From: Thermodesulfobacteriota bacterium
GTDB lineage: Bacteria; Desulfobacterota; Desulfobulbia; Desulfobulbales; SURF-16
Direction of reading: 5' to 3'
Assembly: GCA_039715015.1 (NCBI GenBank)
Contig: JBDLIE010000032.1
Span: forward strand, 1 to 28,781
Length of the DNA stretch: 28,781 nucleotides
Part shown: one piece after another, positions 1 through 9,234 of the stretch
Numbering within the stretch: the first letter of the stretch is position 1
Layout of the letters: every line of letters starts with the position of its first letter
The notes under the pieces: model-generated
Database searches by the model: none
What the model saw: the letters and a program-made list of their open reading frames with translations, nothing else
Told to the model about the DNA's origin: nothing
Program-made: the position numbers and the translations under genes

Positions 1-2
1 TC

Positions 3-740
3 ATTCCACTTTTTGTACTTTGCCTTGCTGCTCAATCACATGCGACTCCTTTTAAAATCACCCTCACTAACCTCAGCAATAATGTCCTTACCCCGGCGCC
101 TTTTATCACACATGATGCCTCCTTTGATTTATTCACTGCAGGGACTCCGGCATCGCCGGAAGTTGAAGCGTTGGCGGAAGGAGGTGACGTCACAGGCGTG
201 ACTGCTTTGGCAGCTCTGGCAGTTGGGACGTCGGTGCTGGATTATGCAGTCACCCCTGGAGGCCCTCTCACTCCAGGCACCTCTGCCTATGTCATGGTTG
301 AGGCCGACACGTCATACTCCATGCTGAGCTTCATGAGCATGCTGGCCGTCAGCAACGATGCCTTTATTGGCGGAGCTTACGGAGATGGTGCAATATCCTT
401 GTTTTCAGGCGCTACACCTTTGGCGGGCAGCTATATGTTTTTTGCCATGGACGTCTGGGATGCCGGAACCGAAGTAAATACTGAATTAGCAGCACATGTG
501 CCTGGATTCTTCGGAGGCATGGGCGGACTTGATGAAAATGGCAACATTTTTCGTCCTCATCTTGGCATATTAGGAATTGGCGATATCGACCCAGCAATCT
601 GGGGCTGGGCTGAAGGAGCTGTAGCTCGAATAGATGTTGAGCCAGTGCCAGAACCAGCGACAATGTTTCTTTTCGGAAGCGGTTTAGCCGGTCTGGCTGG
701 AAACTTCATCAGGCGTAAAAAAATAACCGCCACCCAATAA
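3..740 (+). CDS. Spondin_N-like domain PEP-CTERM surface protein, 5'-truncated by the window edge
   Basis: The frame of ORF 171..740 is open back to position 3 (IPLFVLCLAAQSHA-TPFKITLTNLSNNVLTPAPFITHDASFDLFTAGTPASPEVEALAEGGD). It shows a signal-peptide tail, bacterial spondin-type motifs (LAEGGD, SMLAVSNDAF, WDAGTEVNTE) and a C-terminal VPEP + hydrophobic segment + RRKK sorting signal. Confidence 0.88.
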   Translation: MPLFVLCLAAQSHATPFKITLTNLSNNVLTPAPFITHDASFDLFTAGTPASPEVEALAEGGDVTGVTALAALAVGTSVLDYAVTPGGPLTPGTSAYVMVEADTSYSMLSFMSMLAVSNDAFIGGAYGDGAISLFSGATPLAGSYMFFAMDVWDAGTEVNTELAAHVPGFFGGMGGLDENGNIFRPHLGILGIGDIDPAIWGWAEGAVARIDVEPVPEPATMFLFGSGLAGLAGNFIRRKKITATQ

Positions 741-756
741 TGCTTTTTCTATCCAA

Positions 757-802
757 GGGGTCATCCTAAACAACTTGAACTATTTAGGGTGACCCCATTT
801 TT
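757..802 (+). terminator. Probable intrinsic terminator after the PEP-CTERM gene
   Basis: Inverted repeat GGGGTCATCCTAAA (757-770) / TTTAGGGTGACCCC (783-796, one G-U pair), followed by ATTTTT, 16 nt after the stop codon. Confidence 0.7.
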
Positions 803-1234
803 CCAGCCTGGCAAAATACCAAACTCCGGCAATAACAAAATTTGAAGCTCAAAGACGTTACTTGTTACTCTCACTCACCTGCCCCTTCCCTTTTCTTTTC
901 ATTTTTACACTCTAGCCCTTCAACAGTATCTTCATCCTCTTTTTCAAGCCGCCCCGGTCACGAATTTCTGTAAAATTGCAAACATCAGGGTTTGATGCGT
1001 CTTCAATGATCTTTTTTCATATTCAATTACCTGGCCCATAATAGCTTGTTCATCAAGTTGCTAGCTTTCGGCGCCTAAAAATGCCTCTAACAGAAAAAAA
1101 GAAAGCGCTGGCGCCCAAATAGGGATAGAAAAACAACCATGAATCAATATCAAGGAATCATGGCCCGGGAACTGCAGATATAGAGCAGAGCAGTCACGTA
1201 GCGACCGTTGCGGACCTGCGAGGAGGAGGATGTT

Positions 1235-1516
1235 GTGGAAAATAGAGATTCAATCACCAACCTGCTGAAACAGCATAAAGCTGATATTTCGGCGGTGAAG
1301 GCCAACAAGATCCTGGTGGCCCTCGGTCTGCTCTTGGAGAAGGAGCGGCCAAGTTCAAAATATGCCGGCAAGATGAAGAAGTATAAGGCCCTCAGTGAAC
1401 AGGGTTTGGAATACGGGGTAAACGTCGAAAACCCAAACAGCCCGGGCCAGACCACCCCCCATTACTTCGTCGATACCTTTGGCCAGCTCCTGGCGCTTAT
1501 CCTACAAAAAATCTAG
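1235..1516 (+). CDS. Small protein resembling the C-terminal domain of phage KilA-N/Rha antirepressor-type proteins (putative DNA binding)
   Basis: AGGAGG (1224-1229) lies 5 nt before an in-frame GTG at 1235. The pattern SITNLLKQH..ISAVKANKIL..LGLL..KERPSSK..K.YKALSEQGLEYG.N..NPNSPGQTTPHYF..TF..LL matches, from recall, the C-terminus of prophage KilA-N-containing proteins. Confidence 0.6.
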   Translation: MENRDSITNLLKQHKADISAVKANKILVALGLLLEKERPSSKYAGKMKKYKALSEQGLEYGVNVENPNSPGQTTPHYFVDTFGQLLALILQKI

Positions 1517-1718
1517 GGTAACTTGAAACATTGCTTTTTCTGCCAATCTCTGCCTGGTGCCCGGAATTTTCTCCTCAGAGGCCAGCGCGCTTGCAAGACT
1601 CCGCTATTGGCCATCAACCTGTGGTAAAATTTTTCATATGCCGTGATTTTGATCGAATAATCTCATCTTTCGATGGTACCCTCAAGTTCAACAGATAAAA
1701 CAAAAAAAGGAGCGCATT

Positions 1719-2507
1719 ATGAAGAGTCATGAGCTGGATTACGAAATCATCGGCGCTGATATGCAGATTGTTGAGGTGGAACTTGATCCCGGCGAAACCG
1801 TTGTTGCCGAGGCGGGAGCCATGAACTACATGGATGACGGCATCTCCTTTGAGGCAAAGATGGGGGATGGCACAGAGGCCCAGGAAGGTTTCTTGGCAAT
1901 GATAAAGGGTGCTGGCAAGCGTGTTCTTACCGGCGAGTCCATGTTCTTGACCCATTTCACCAACATGGGTGCAGGCAAGAAAAGAGTGGCCTTTGCCGCC
2001 CCCTACCCCGGCAAAATCATCCCGGTTAATCTGCAGGGGGTGAACGGCGAATTTTTCTGTCAGAAGGATGCCTTCCTGTGTGCGGCCCTGGGCACCAAGG
2101 TCGGCATTGCCTTTACCCAAAGGCTGGGCACCGGTTTCTTTGGTGGCGAGGGTTTTATTCTTCAGAAATTAAACGGCGACGGCATGGCCTTTGTTCATGC
2201 CGGTGGCACGGTGATCAAGAAGGAGTTGCGTGGCGGAAAGATCCTTGTTGATACCGGCTGTTTGGTGGGGTTCACCCAGGGGATTGACTACAGTATTGAA
2301 AGGGCTGGAAACCTGAAATCGATGTTCTTCGGCGGCGAAGGACTTTTCCTGGCAACATTACAGGGAACGGGGACCGTTTATCTGCAAAGCCTTCCTTTCT
2401 CCAGGATGGCGGAGCGCATTATCGCCCATGCCCCGTCTGGCCGGGGACGCGATCAAGGAGAGGGCTCTGTGCTGGGCGGCATCGGTCGCCTGCTTGATGG
2501 TCATTAA
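1719..2507 (+). CDS. TIGR00266 family protein (AIM24 domain)
   Basis: Typical N-terminus [29 protein letters not shown], repeated FFGGEG motifs, QSLPFSR, and an AAGGAG ribosome-binding site. Confidence 0.92.
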   Translation: MKSHELDYEIIGADMQIVEVELDPGETVVAEAGAMNYMDDGISFEAKMGDGTEAQEGFLAMIKGAGKRVLTGESMFLTHFTNMGAGKKRVAFAAPYPGKIIPVNLQGVNGEFFCQKDAFLCAALGTKVGIAFTQRLGTGFFGGEGFILQKLNGDGMAFVHAGGTVIKKELRGGKILVDTGCLVGFTQGIDYSIERAGNLKSMFFGGEGLFLATLQGTGTVYLQSLPFSRMAERIIAHAPSGRGRDQGEGSVLGGIGRLLDGH

Positions 2508-2545
2508 AAAAACCGCAGGCAAGGTTACCAAAGGCGTGACAAGTC

Positions 2546-2818
2546 CTAGAGCTTAGGATCAATATTGCCGGGACCGCCGCACTCCGGCTCGTAACAGGTG
2601 ATATTCTTAAAATCACACACCTCGCCGCAAGCGGGGCATTTTTCAGGGGGGATTTGGGCCTGGAGGGTGCGCCCGCATTTTCCGCATTTCCAGAAGGGGT
2701 TACTTTCTCCCATCATGTAGGTGCCATGGGCTGAATAGCCGCAATGGCCGCAGACATCCTGGATATCTTCATAATTTTTACCGCACTCTTCACACAAACC
2801 TGTCTTTGCCTTGCTCAT
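2546..2818 (-). CDS. Small Cys-rich rubredoxin-like / double zinc-ribbon protein
   Basis: GGAGG RBS. CEEC...CGHC and WKCGKCG...PPEKCPAC knuckles, plus a C-terminal CDF..ITCYEPECG segment. Confidence 0.8.
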   Translation of the reverse strand: MSKAKTGLCEECGKNYEDIQDVCGHCGYSAHGTYMMGESNPFWKCGKCGRTLQAQIPPEKCPACGEVCDFKNITCYEPECGGPGNIDPKL

Positions 2819-2992
2819 GGCAGACCTCCTTTAGGAATGAGTCCATAACGCGCTGCTCTACCTTTATTATGCGATAAGGCCCGGAGCAAAACCAGCCATT
2901 TTATTTTGGACCTTGCGACAAGTAGAAAAACATAAAATCGCCCATCCGAAGACGCCAGGCAACCTGGGCCTGCTGAAAGATCCAAGGGAAAT

Positions 2993-5473
2993 TCACAGGA
3001 CCCGCCTGATAACTGCCTGCAGGTCCTGAACCTTAAATGGTTTGATAATGGCGGCCAGAAAACCATAGTCCTGGCAGTTAGCCATGATCGGATCATTGGA
3101 GTAACCGCTGGCAACTATGACCTTGGCCGCAGAATCAATTTTATGGATCTCCTGCACCGCTTCCTGTCCCCCCATACCTCCCGGAATGGTCAGATCCATA
3201 ACAATGAGATCAAGGGGTCGGCCACTCTCCCGGGCCTCTTTAAAGAGGGCAACAGCCTCCTCACCATCCTTGGCCTGAAGAACTTCGTAACCGAAACTGA
3301 CAAGCATGCCCTGCATCACCTTTCTCACCATCTCCTCATCATCCATGATCATTATTCTGCCCTGGCCGGCCTCCGCCTGCACAGCCCTCTGATTGTAGGC
3401 CCGAACAAGTTTTTTGCCCTTTGCCGCAGGGAGATAGAGGGTAAAGGTTGTGCCCTCACCCAGACGGGAGTCAGCCTTGATATAGCCATCGTGCTTGCTA
3501 ATAATGGAATGACTAACGGCAAGCCCCAGACCGCTGCCCTGCTGTTTGGTGGTAAAATAGGGGTCGAAAATCTTTTCAAGCATTGCCCTGTCAATACCTA
3601 TACCGCTGTCCTGGACGCTGATTACAACATAGTCCCGCGGCCTCAGGCCGAGGCTCTGGGCCAGGTCTTTGCTGACATTAGTGCACCGCACCTCAACAAC
3701 ACCACCTTCCGGCATGGCCTGGTTGGCATTAATAATAATATTCTGAATGACCTGGCTCATCTGGCCCAGGTCTATTTCAACAGGCCACAAATCCTTATCA
3801 AAGTGGAAATTGCAGCGGACATTGCTGCCCCGCAAAACAAAGCGGGCAGAATCCTGGATAATATCTTTGATGGCCGCCAGTTCTTTTACAGGTTCTCCAC
3901 CCTTGGCAAAGGTGAGGAGCTGCTGGGTGAGATCTTTGGCCCGCAGAGAGGCCTTTTCCGCGTCCTGCAGCAAGGAATGGCTCCTGTCGTCAGGATTTGT
4001 ATAGAGCATGGCCAGATTGATATTACCCAGGATGGCAGCTAAAATATTATTAAAGTCATGGGCAATACCACCGGCCAGCAGCCCCACTGACTCCAACTTC
4101 CGGCCCTTAGCCAACTCCTTTTCTTTCTTTTTTTCCTCCGTAACATCCCGGAAGACCAAGACAACGCCAACAACCTCGCTCTTTTTATCCCGTATAGGCG
4201 CGCCACTATCGGCAATGCTGCACTCAGAACCATCCTTGCCAACAAGAACTGTATGGCGGGCCAGGGCAATGACCTTGCCAGTGGCCAGCACCTGGGCCAA
4301 CGGACTTTCACAACGTTTTCTGGTTTTTCCATTGATTATATGAAACACCTCGGCCAACGGTTTACCTGTAGCTTCCTCATGCTCCCAGCCCGTGAGTTTC
4401 TCGGCTATCTTGTTGATCAAAACAACATTGCCGTCTATATCCGTGGTGATCACTCCATCACCAATACTGCGCATGGTTACAGCCAGCCTCTCCTGTTCAG
4501 CGGCTAAGGCCTCTTCCGCCTCCTTGCGCGCACTGATATCCCGAAGAACGGCAATGACACATTTTTTCCCGCTAAATTCCGTATAACGCAGGCCCACTTC
4601 AGCCCAAAAAAGGTCGCCGTTTTTGTTCTTTACGCGCCAGTCAAAGAGTTGCGGCCCTTTGGCCACTGCCCTTGCCAACTTTCGGGTTCCATGCTCCCCA
4701 TCATAGGGAGGCTCTCCGGAACTTAAGCCTCCAATGCCCTGCTCCTGTAACTCATCGTGGGAATAGCCGAACATCTCCAGGCCGGCACGGTTGACATCCA
4801 GGATAGCGCCGGTGGTTGCATCATGCATGAAGATAGCGTCACTGGGAGCATTATAGATTTGACGATATTTTTCTTCACTGCTGCGCAGGGCCTCTTCCGC
4901 CTTGATGCGGTCATGGATCTCTTGCTGCAGGCCTTTGTTGGCCACAACCAGATCCTGGGTCCTCTCGTCAACCCTGATCTCAAGAATATTCTTGGCCTCC
5001 ACGGTACGCACATAAAAACGAGCCACCAGCAGAATAAGTCCCATGATCAAGAGAAGATATAAATAGAGATAAATAGTAGCATGACGATGGATCGCCTCTA
5101 TTCTGCCCACCACTGTGCCTTGATGGACGACATCAGCATTAAGTTTGATCTCTGGAATCAGACCGATAGACATCAGGACCCTGTCAGCTAAACCACATTC
5201 CGGCCCTTTCACATCAAGGAACACCTCATCGGTGCCGGCAAACACGGTAATGCGTTCAAGATTTTGATATTTAGCTGCAAGCTCCAGATAGGCAACCGGT
5301 CCAAGGGGATCAAGATTCCACAGGGCGCTTGTAATGACTTGAGCATTTTCCTGCAAGTCATGCCTGTCATCTGCCAGCTCCAGATGTTCCCAAACAACAA
5401 CAAAGAGGCAAAAAAGGGCAACAAGGCCCACCAGGATTGCCGTGTTTGTTTTTGCTGGATTTAATTTAATCAT
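2993..5473 (-). CDS. Membrane hybrid sensor histidine kinase (2 TM, 2 PAS, HisKA, HATPase, REC)
   Basis: H-box GIAHDFNN, N-box NANQAM, DSGIG, FDPYFTTK and GSGLGL motifs. The C-terminal receiver has MDDE, VMD and IKPF. Confidence 0.95.
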   Translation of the reverse strand: MIKLNPAKTNTAILVGLVALFCLFVVVWEHLELADDRHDLQENAQVITSALWNLDPLGPVAYLELAAKYQNLERITVFAGTDEVFLDVKGPECGLADRVLMSIGLIPEIKLNADVVHQGTVVGRIEAIHRHATIYLYLYLLLIMGLILLVARFYVRTVEAKNILEIRVDERTQDLVVANKGLQQEIHDRIKAEEALRSSEEKYRQIYNAPSDAIFMHDATTGAILDVNRAGLEMFGYSHDELQEQGIGGLSSGEPPYDGEHGTRKLARAVAKGPQLFDWRVKNKNGDLFWAEVGLRYTEFSGKKCVIAVLRDISARKEAEEALAAEQERLAVTMRSIGDGVITTDIDGNVVLINKIAEKLTGWEHEEATGKPLAEVFHIINGKTRKRCESPLAQVLATGKVIALARHTVLVGKDGSECSIADSGAPIRDKKSEVVGVVLVFRDVTEEKKKEKELAKGRKLESVGLLAGGIAHDFNNILAAILGNINLAMLYTNPDDRSHSLLQDAEKASLRAKDLTQQLLTFAKGGEPVKELAAIKDIIQDSARFVLRGSNVRCNFHFDKDLWPVEIDLGQMSQVIQNIIINANQAMPEGGVVEVRCTNVSKDLAQSLGLRPRDYVVISVQDSGIGIDRAMLEKIFDPYFTTKQQGSGLGLAVSHSIISKHDGYIKADSRLGEGTTFTLYLPAAKGKKLVRAYNQRAVQAEAGQGRIMIMDDEEMVRKVMQGMLVSFGYEVLQAKDGEEAVALFKEARESGRPLDLIVMDLTIPGGMGGQEAVQEIHKIDSAAKVIVASGYSNDPIMANCQDYGFLAAIIKPFKVQDLQAVIRRVL

Positions 5474-6420
5474 TGGGCCACCGGAGAAATGATCATGCCG
5501 TCCTTATCCATATGGATAGACATATGGTATTTGTCAAAAATCTCTTTGCGGTGTCCCTCTTTGGCAAAGGCCGCTAACTCTTTATTAAAAACAGCAACAA
5601 AGGCCTGCATCTGCTCTTCACGGCCTTCAAAATATTTTCTGGATATGGCGAAACTAAAGGGCCGGGCCGGGCCAACACTGGTTGGGAAAGGCACAACATT
5701 GTCAAATTCAGGCCTATGCATTTTCTGCAGATAGAGCCCCAGGCTCAGTTCACAGATAAACATATCCGTCTTACCCTGGAGCAATTTACGAAAATGGATG
5801 ACCTCTGGTTTCTTGGCAGCCACCATATCAAGCTCAAACTTACCGGCCTTGGCCGCCTCAAAAAAACCGGCTCCATAATGATAATGGGAGGCCCCGATGA
5901 CCCGCCCCTTCAGGTCGTCATAGGTGGCCCAGGTAAAAGGATCGCCCTTCTTCTGCCAGAGTACTGAATAGATGGAGGAGATGGGATCAGAAAAGAGAAT
6001 ATACTCCTCAGAGCCACCGCCCTCCACCCAGGCGGTCATGGCCGGGTATTTGCCGGACTTCGTCTCTTCAAGGGCGCGGGCAAAGGACATCTCAAGCCAC
6101 TGGACCTTGTAACCCATGCCCTGCAGGACCGACTCAATAATTTCATTATCCGCCCCCACCCATTTGCCTGATTCATCCTGCATGGTAAAGGGCGGATAGG
6201 TCATGGCCGGCATGGCAAGAGGTTCACTCTTGGGTGGCAAGACCAGTGCGGTGCTGGTTAAGGATGGAACGGGATCAGGAGGCGTGCCCTGCGAAGCGGC
6301 AGACTGCGTCTCAATGCTTTTTTTTTGAATGGAATCGTCCTGCCCCAGGAAAAAGGCCCTGCTATAGAGTACGGCGATTATGAGAGATAGGCAGACAATG
6401 GGCCAAAAAGATCTTTTCAT
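5470..6420 (-). CDS. Extracytoplasmic solute-binding protein, family 3 (amino-acid type), N-terminally anchored
   Basis: N-terminal hydrophobic segment and Pro-rich linker, then YPPF...G.DNEII, SFARALEE, FSDP, DLKG..IG and LLQGKTD motifs. The stop codon overlaps the kinase start (ATGA). Confidence 0.85.
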   Translation of the reverse strand: MKRSFWPIVCLSLIIAVLYSRAFFLGQDDSIQKKSIETQSAASQGTPPDPVPSLTSTALVLPPKSEPLAMPAMTYPPFTMQDESGKWVGADNEIIESVLQGMGYKVQWLEMSFARALEETKSGKYPAMTAWVEGGGSEEYILFSDPISSIYSVLWQKKGDPFTWATYDDLKGRVIGASHYHYGAGFFEAAKAGKFELDMVAAKKPEVIHFRKLLQGKTDMFICELSLGLYLQKMHRPEFDNVVPFPTSVGPARPFSFAISRKYFEGREEQMQAFVAVFNKELAAFAKEGHRKEIFDKYHMSIHMDKDGMIISPVAQ

Positions 6421-6558
6421 GGGTTACCCCTTTTTCTCTTTCCCTTTGGCGGATTAAAACATATAGCAACCTTCTCTTTTCAAAAGAGATTTGAACAACC
6501 CCTTGCCCTTTTATAGTGCAGCATCAAGGGAGTCAGTGTCAAGAATTATGGCCAGACG

Positions 6559-9234
6559 CTACTGCCCGCCATTCTCATCGAGCACTGACCTGACAACCTG
6601 CACCAATTCATTGAGGGCCACTGGTTTTTGAACATATTTTTTGATGCCAACTGCCAGGGCCTCCTCCTCCGAAAGAACGCTACTATAGCCGGTACAGAGG
6701 ATAATGGGCATAACAGGGGCTATTGCCAGAATTTCTTGAGCAAGCTCGGCACCCGTCAGGCCAGGCATTGTCTGGTCAGTAATTATCAGGTCAAATTGAT
6801 CCGGGTTGGCACGGATGGCGGCAAGGGCCTCAACGCTATCCGTTGTTGCGCTAACGCTATATCCCAAACTCGCTAATGCCTCTTGGTGCATAAAGGCAAT
6901 CATGCTTTCGTCATCAACAACCAAAATCCGTTCCGTGCCGGGAGATAGCGATTCTTCATGTTCCGTTTCTTCAGGACTGGCTAATTCCTCTTCCAGGGCC
7001 GGCATATAGACATGAAAAGAGGTCCCTGTGCCGACTTCACTCTCTACCTTGATAAAGCCATTATACTCTTTGATGATGCCATGAACTACCGAGAGGCCGA
7101 GCCCCGTTCCTTTCCCGGCCTCTTTGGTGGTGAAGTATGGATCAAAAATGCGCTCGCGGCTAGCCTCGTCAATGCCACAGCCTGTGTCATTAACCGACAG
7201 GACAATAAACGTCCCTGGGTTCACACCCGCCTCCCCGACGACTTCTTCAGCCCCTATCTCTTGGCGGCTCAACCTTATGGTCAATAGGCCCTTTTCATCC
7301 TTCATGGCGTGCAGGGCATTGGTGCAGAGATTTACAACAACTTGATAAAGATTGGTCGAATCTGCGAGAACCTGGCCGCATTCCCCGTCAATATTTTCCT
7401 GAATCGTGATGGTTGCCGGCAACGAGGAGCGAAGCATTTTCACGGCCTCTTTGACCATCAGATGAGGCGAAACAGCTTGCAATTGTTTGCCCGACTTACG
7501 GCTAAAGGACAGAATCTGTTGAACAAGGGCTGCCGCTCGTTTGCTCGCCTTGAGGACTTCATCAAGATTTTTTTCAGCCTCGCACTCTTCGGGAATATTA
7601 AGCTTTGCGAGCTCGGAATGACCCATAATAGCGGTGAGGAGATTGTTGAAATCATGGGCGACACCACCGGCAAGGGTGCCAATGGCCTCCATTTTATGGG
7701 CCTGAAACAATTCTTCTTCGAGTTTTTTCTGGGCGGTGATGTCTCTGGCAATATGGGCGAGGTACTGCACCTCATTATTCTGATCAAGGATAGGAGCGGT
7801 TGCGACATGAAAGGTCTTTTGCAACTTTTCATGCTCAATAATTTCGGCATGGGGCAGCTTGTCTTGGAGTGTCCCGAACTTGGGGCAGCCAGGACATGGT
7901 TCTGAAATATCCCGGAAGATTGCATGGCATTTTTTGCCTATAAAACCCTGGGATTCCATTTCAAAGAAATCACGGGCCGCCTTATTGCCCCGGATAATTT
8001 CCATGTTTTTATCCTGCAGGGTGATGATGTCAGGAATGGCATCAAATGTTTTCTCCCACTCCTCTTTGCTGAGCCGTAATGCCTCCTCCGCCTCTTTACG
8101 CTCTGTAATGTCACGACTCACTCCTATGACCCCAAGAACATTGCCGTCAGGTCCATTGTATGGAGTCTTGAGGGTGTCAAGGAGGACACGTCTGCCATCC
8201 GGGTAATCGACCCATTCTTCATTGCGTTGCGGCATACCGCTGGCAAGCATCTGGCGATCCTTTTCACGAAAAAACTCTGCTGCTTGCCTTTCGAAAAAGT
8301 CAAAATCAGAATTGCCGGCAATATCCTCCTTGTCTCTGCCCGCAAATGTGGCAAAGGCGTCATTACAACCCAGATAAATGCTCTTATTGTCTTTGTAGAA
8401 AATAAGATCCGGGATGGAATTAATCAGGCTGTCGAGCAGGGCATAGGAGGAGGCAAGCCGTTCCTCAACGTCTTTCTGCCTCACCTGAGACTCCTCAATA
8501 TTGCTAACCATCTGGTTGAAGGTAGCCGTTAACCGGCCAATCTCATCATGGGCAACTATGGGAAGATCATGGATAAGTTCCCCCTGGCCAACTTTGTCAG
8601 AGGCAATAGCCAGGGACTTCAGCGGCTTATTTATGATCCTGGCAAAAAATAATGCCGCCAAAATACCCAGCAAACAAACAAGGCTGGTTATGGCAACCAG
8701 CTCCTGTCTGAGATCTTTTATCTTTTGCCTAATGAATGCCTCTGAAAGGCCGAGATGAATTTCTCCGGCCTCGCCGTCCATGGAAAGAACAGCAAGTTCA
8801 GAAATGATATTTTCGTCACCATCGAACAGCAGATGGGCATGGGAGAATTGCGCCCCCCCATGAAGGGGATTTGCATCTAGCAATACCTTGGGAAAACCTT
8901 TTGCACCAAAGGTATGGGCAAAAATATTTTTTTGTGAATCCAGGACAAAGAGATACTCAACATCTTTCTCAGTGGCCTTAATATTGGAGAGGAGCTGGTG
9001 AAGTTTGATCCTATTGTCGGTGAGGAGAAGATCAACGCAATCCGCAGCCAGGTTGCGTGCTATTGTCAGGCCCCTTTCCTGGTGTTCAGCATGGATGGCG
9101 TTGCTCAGTCTGGATTCAATAAAAAGTATGGAAACAACCCCCATCATCAAAACAACCCCGCAGACAACAGAAGAAAATTTCCAACCGAGGGGAAGGTCGT
9201 GGAGTCTTTTGATTAAGGGGTATCTATTTTTCAT
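6559..9234 (-). CDS. Membrane hybrid sensor histidine kinase (periplasmic domain, HAMP, 2 PAS, HisKA, HATPase, REC)
   Basis: Two TM segments, HAMP (DEIGRLTATFNQM), H-box GVAHDFNN, DTGCG, FDPYFTTK, GTGLGL. The receiver has VDDE, ITD and QKP. Confidence 0.95.
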   Translation of the reverse strand: MKNRYPLIKRLHDLPLGWKFSSVVCGVVLMMGVVSILFIESRLSNAIHAEHQERGLTIARNLAADCVDLLLTDNRIKLHQLLSNIKATEKDVEYLFVLDSQKNIFAHTFGAKGFPKVLLDANPLHGGAQFSHAHLLFDGDENIISELAVLSMDGEAGEIHLGLSEAFIRQKIKDLRQELVAITSLVCLLGILAALFFARIINKPLKSLAIASDKVGQGELIHDLPIVAHDEIGRLTATFNQMVSNIEESQVRQKDVEERLASSYALLDSLINSIPDLIFYKDNKSIYLGCNDAFATFAGRDKEDIAGNSDFDFFERQAAEFFREKDRQMLASGMPQRNEEWVDYPDGRRVLLDTLKTPYNGPDGNVLGVIGVSRDITERKEAEEALRLSKEEWEKTFDAIPDIITLQDKNMEIIRGNKAARDFFEMESQGFIGKKCHAIFRDISEPCPGCPKFGTLQDKLPHAEIIEHEKLQKTFHVATAPILDQNNEVQYLAHIARDITAQKKLEEELFQAHKMEAIGTLAGGVAHDFNNLLTAIMGHSELAKLNIPEECEAEKNLDEVLKASKRAAALVQQILSFSRKSGKQLQAVSPHLMVKEAVKMLRSSLPATITIQENIDGECGQVLADSTNLYQVVVNLCTNALHAMKDEKGLLTIRLSRQEIGAEEVVGEAGVNPGTFIVLSVNDTGCGIDEASRERIFDPYFTTKEAGKGTGLGLSVVHGIIKEYNGFIKVESEVGTGTSFHVYMPALEEELASPEETEHEESLSPGTERILVVDDESMIAFMHQEALASLGYSVSATTDSVEALAAIRANPDQFDLIITDQTMPGLTGAELAQEILAIAPVMPIILCTGYSSVLSEEEALAVGIKKYVQKPVALNELVQVVRSVLDENGGQ

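Noticed and set aside
860..1070. Short minus-strand reading fragments that could be a decayed gene
   Set aside because: They need a frameshift and a stop readthrough, and show no recognisable motif or RBS.
1139..1234. ATG at 1139 is in frame with the 1235..1516 ORF through two TAG codons, suggesting pyrrolysine or amber readthrough
   Set aside because: A strong AGGAGG + GTG start at 1235 explains the gene, the extension resembles nothing I recognise, and no pyl genes are in the window.
3143..4042. 299-aa plus-strand ORF, and similar long antisense ORFs (1614..2120, 7309..7905, 17176..17832, 27458..28189)
   Set aside because: These are shadow ORFs lying largely or wholly opposite well-supported genes, with no domain motifs.
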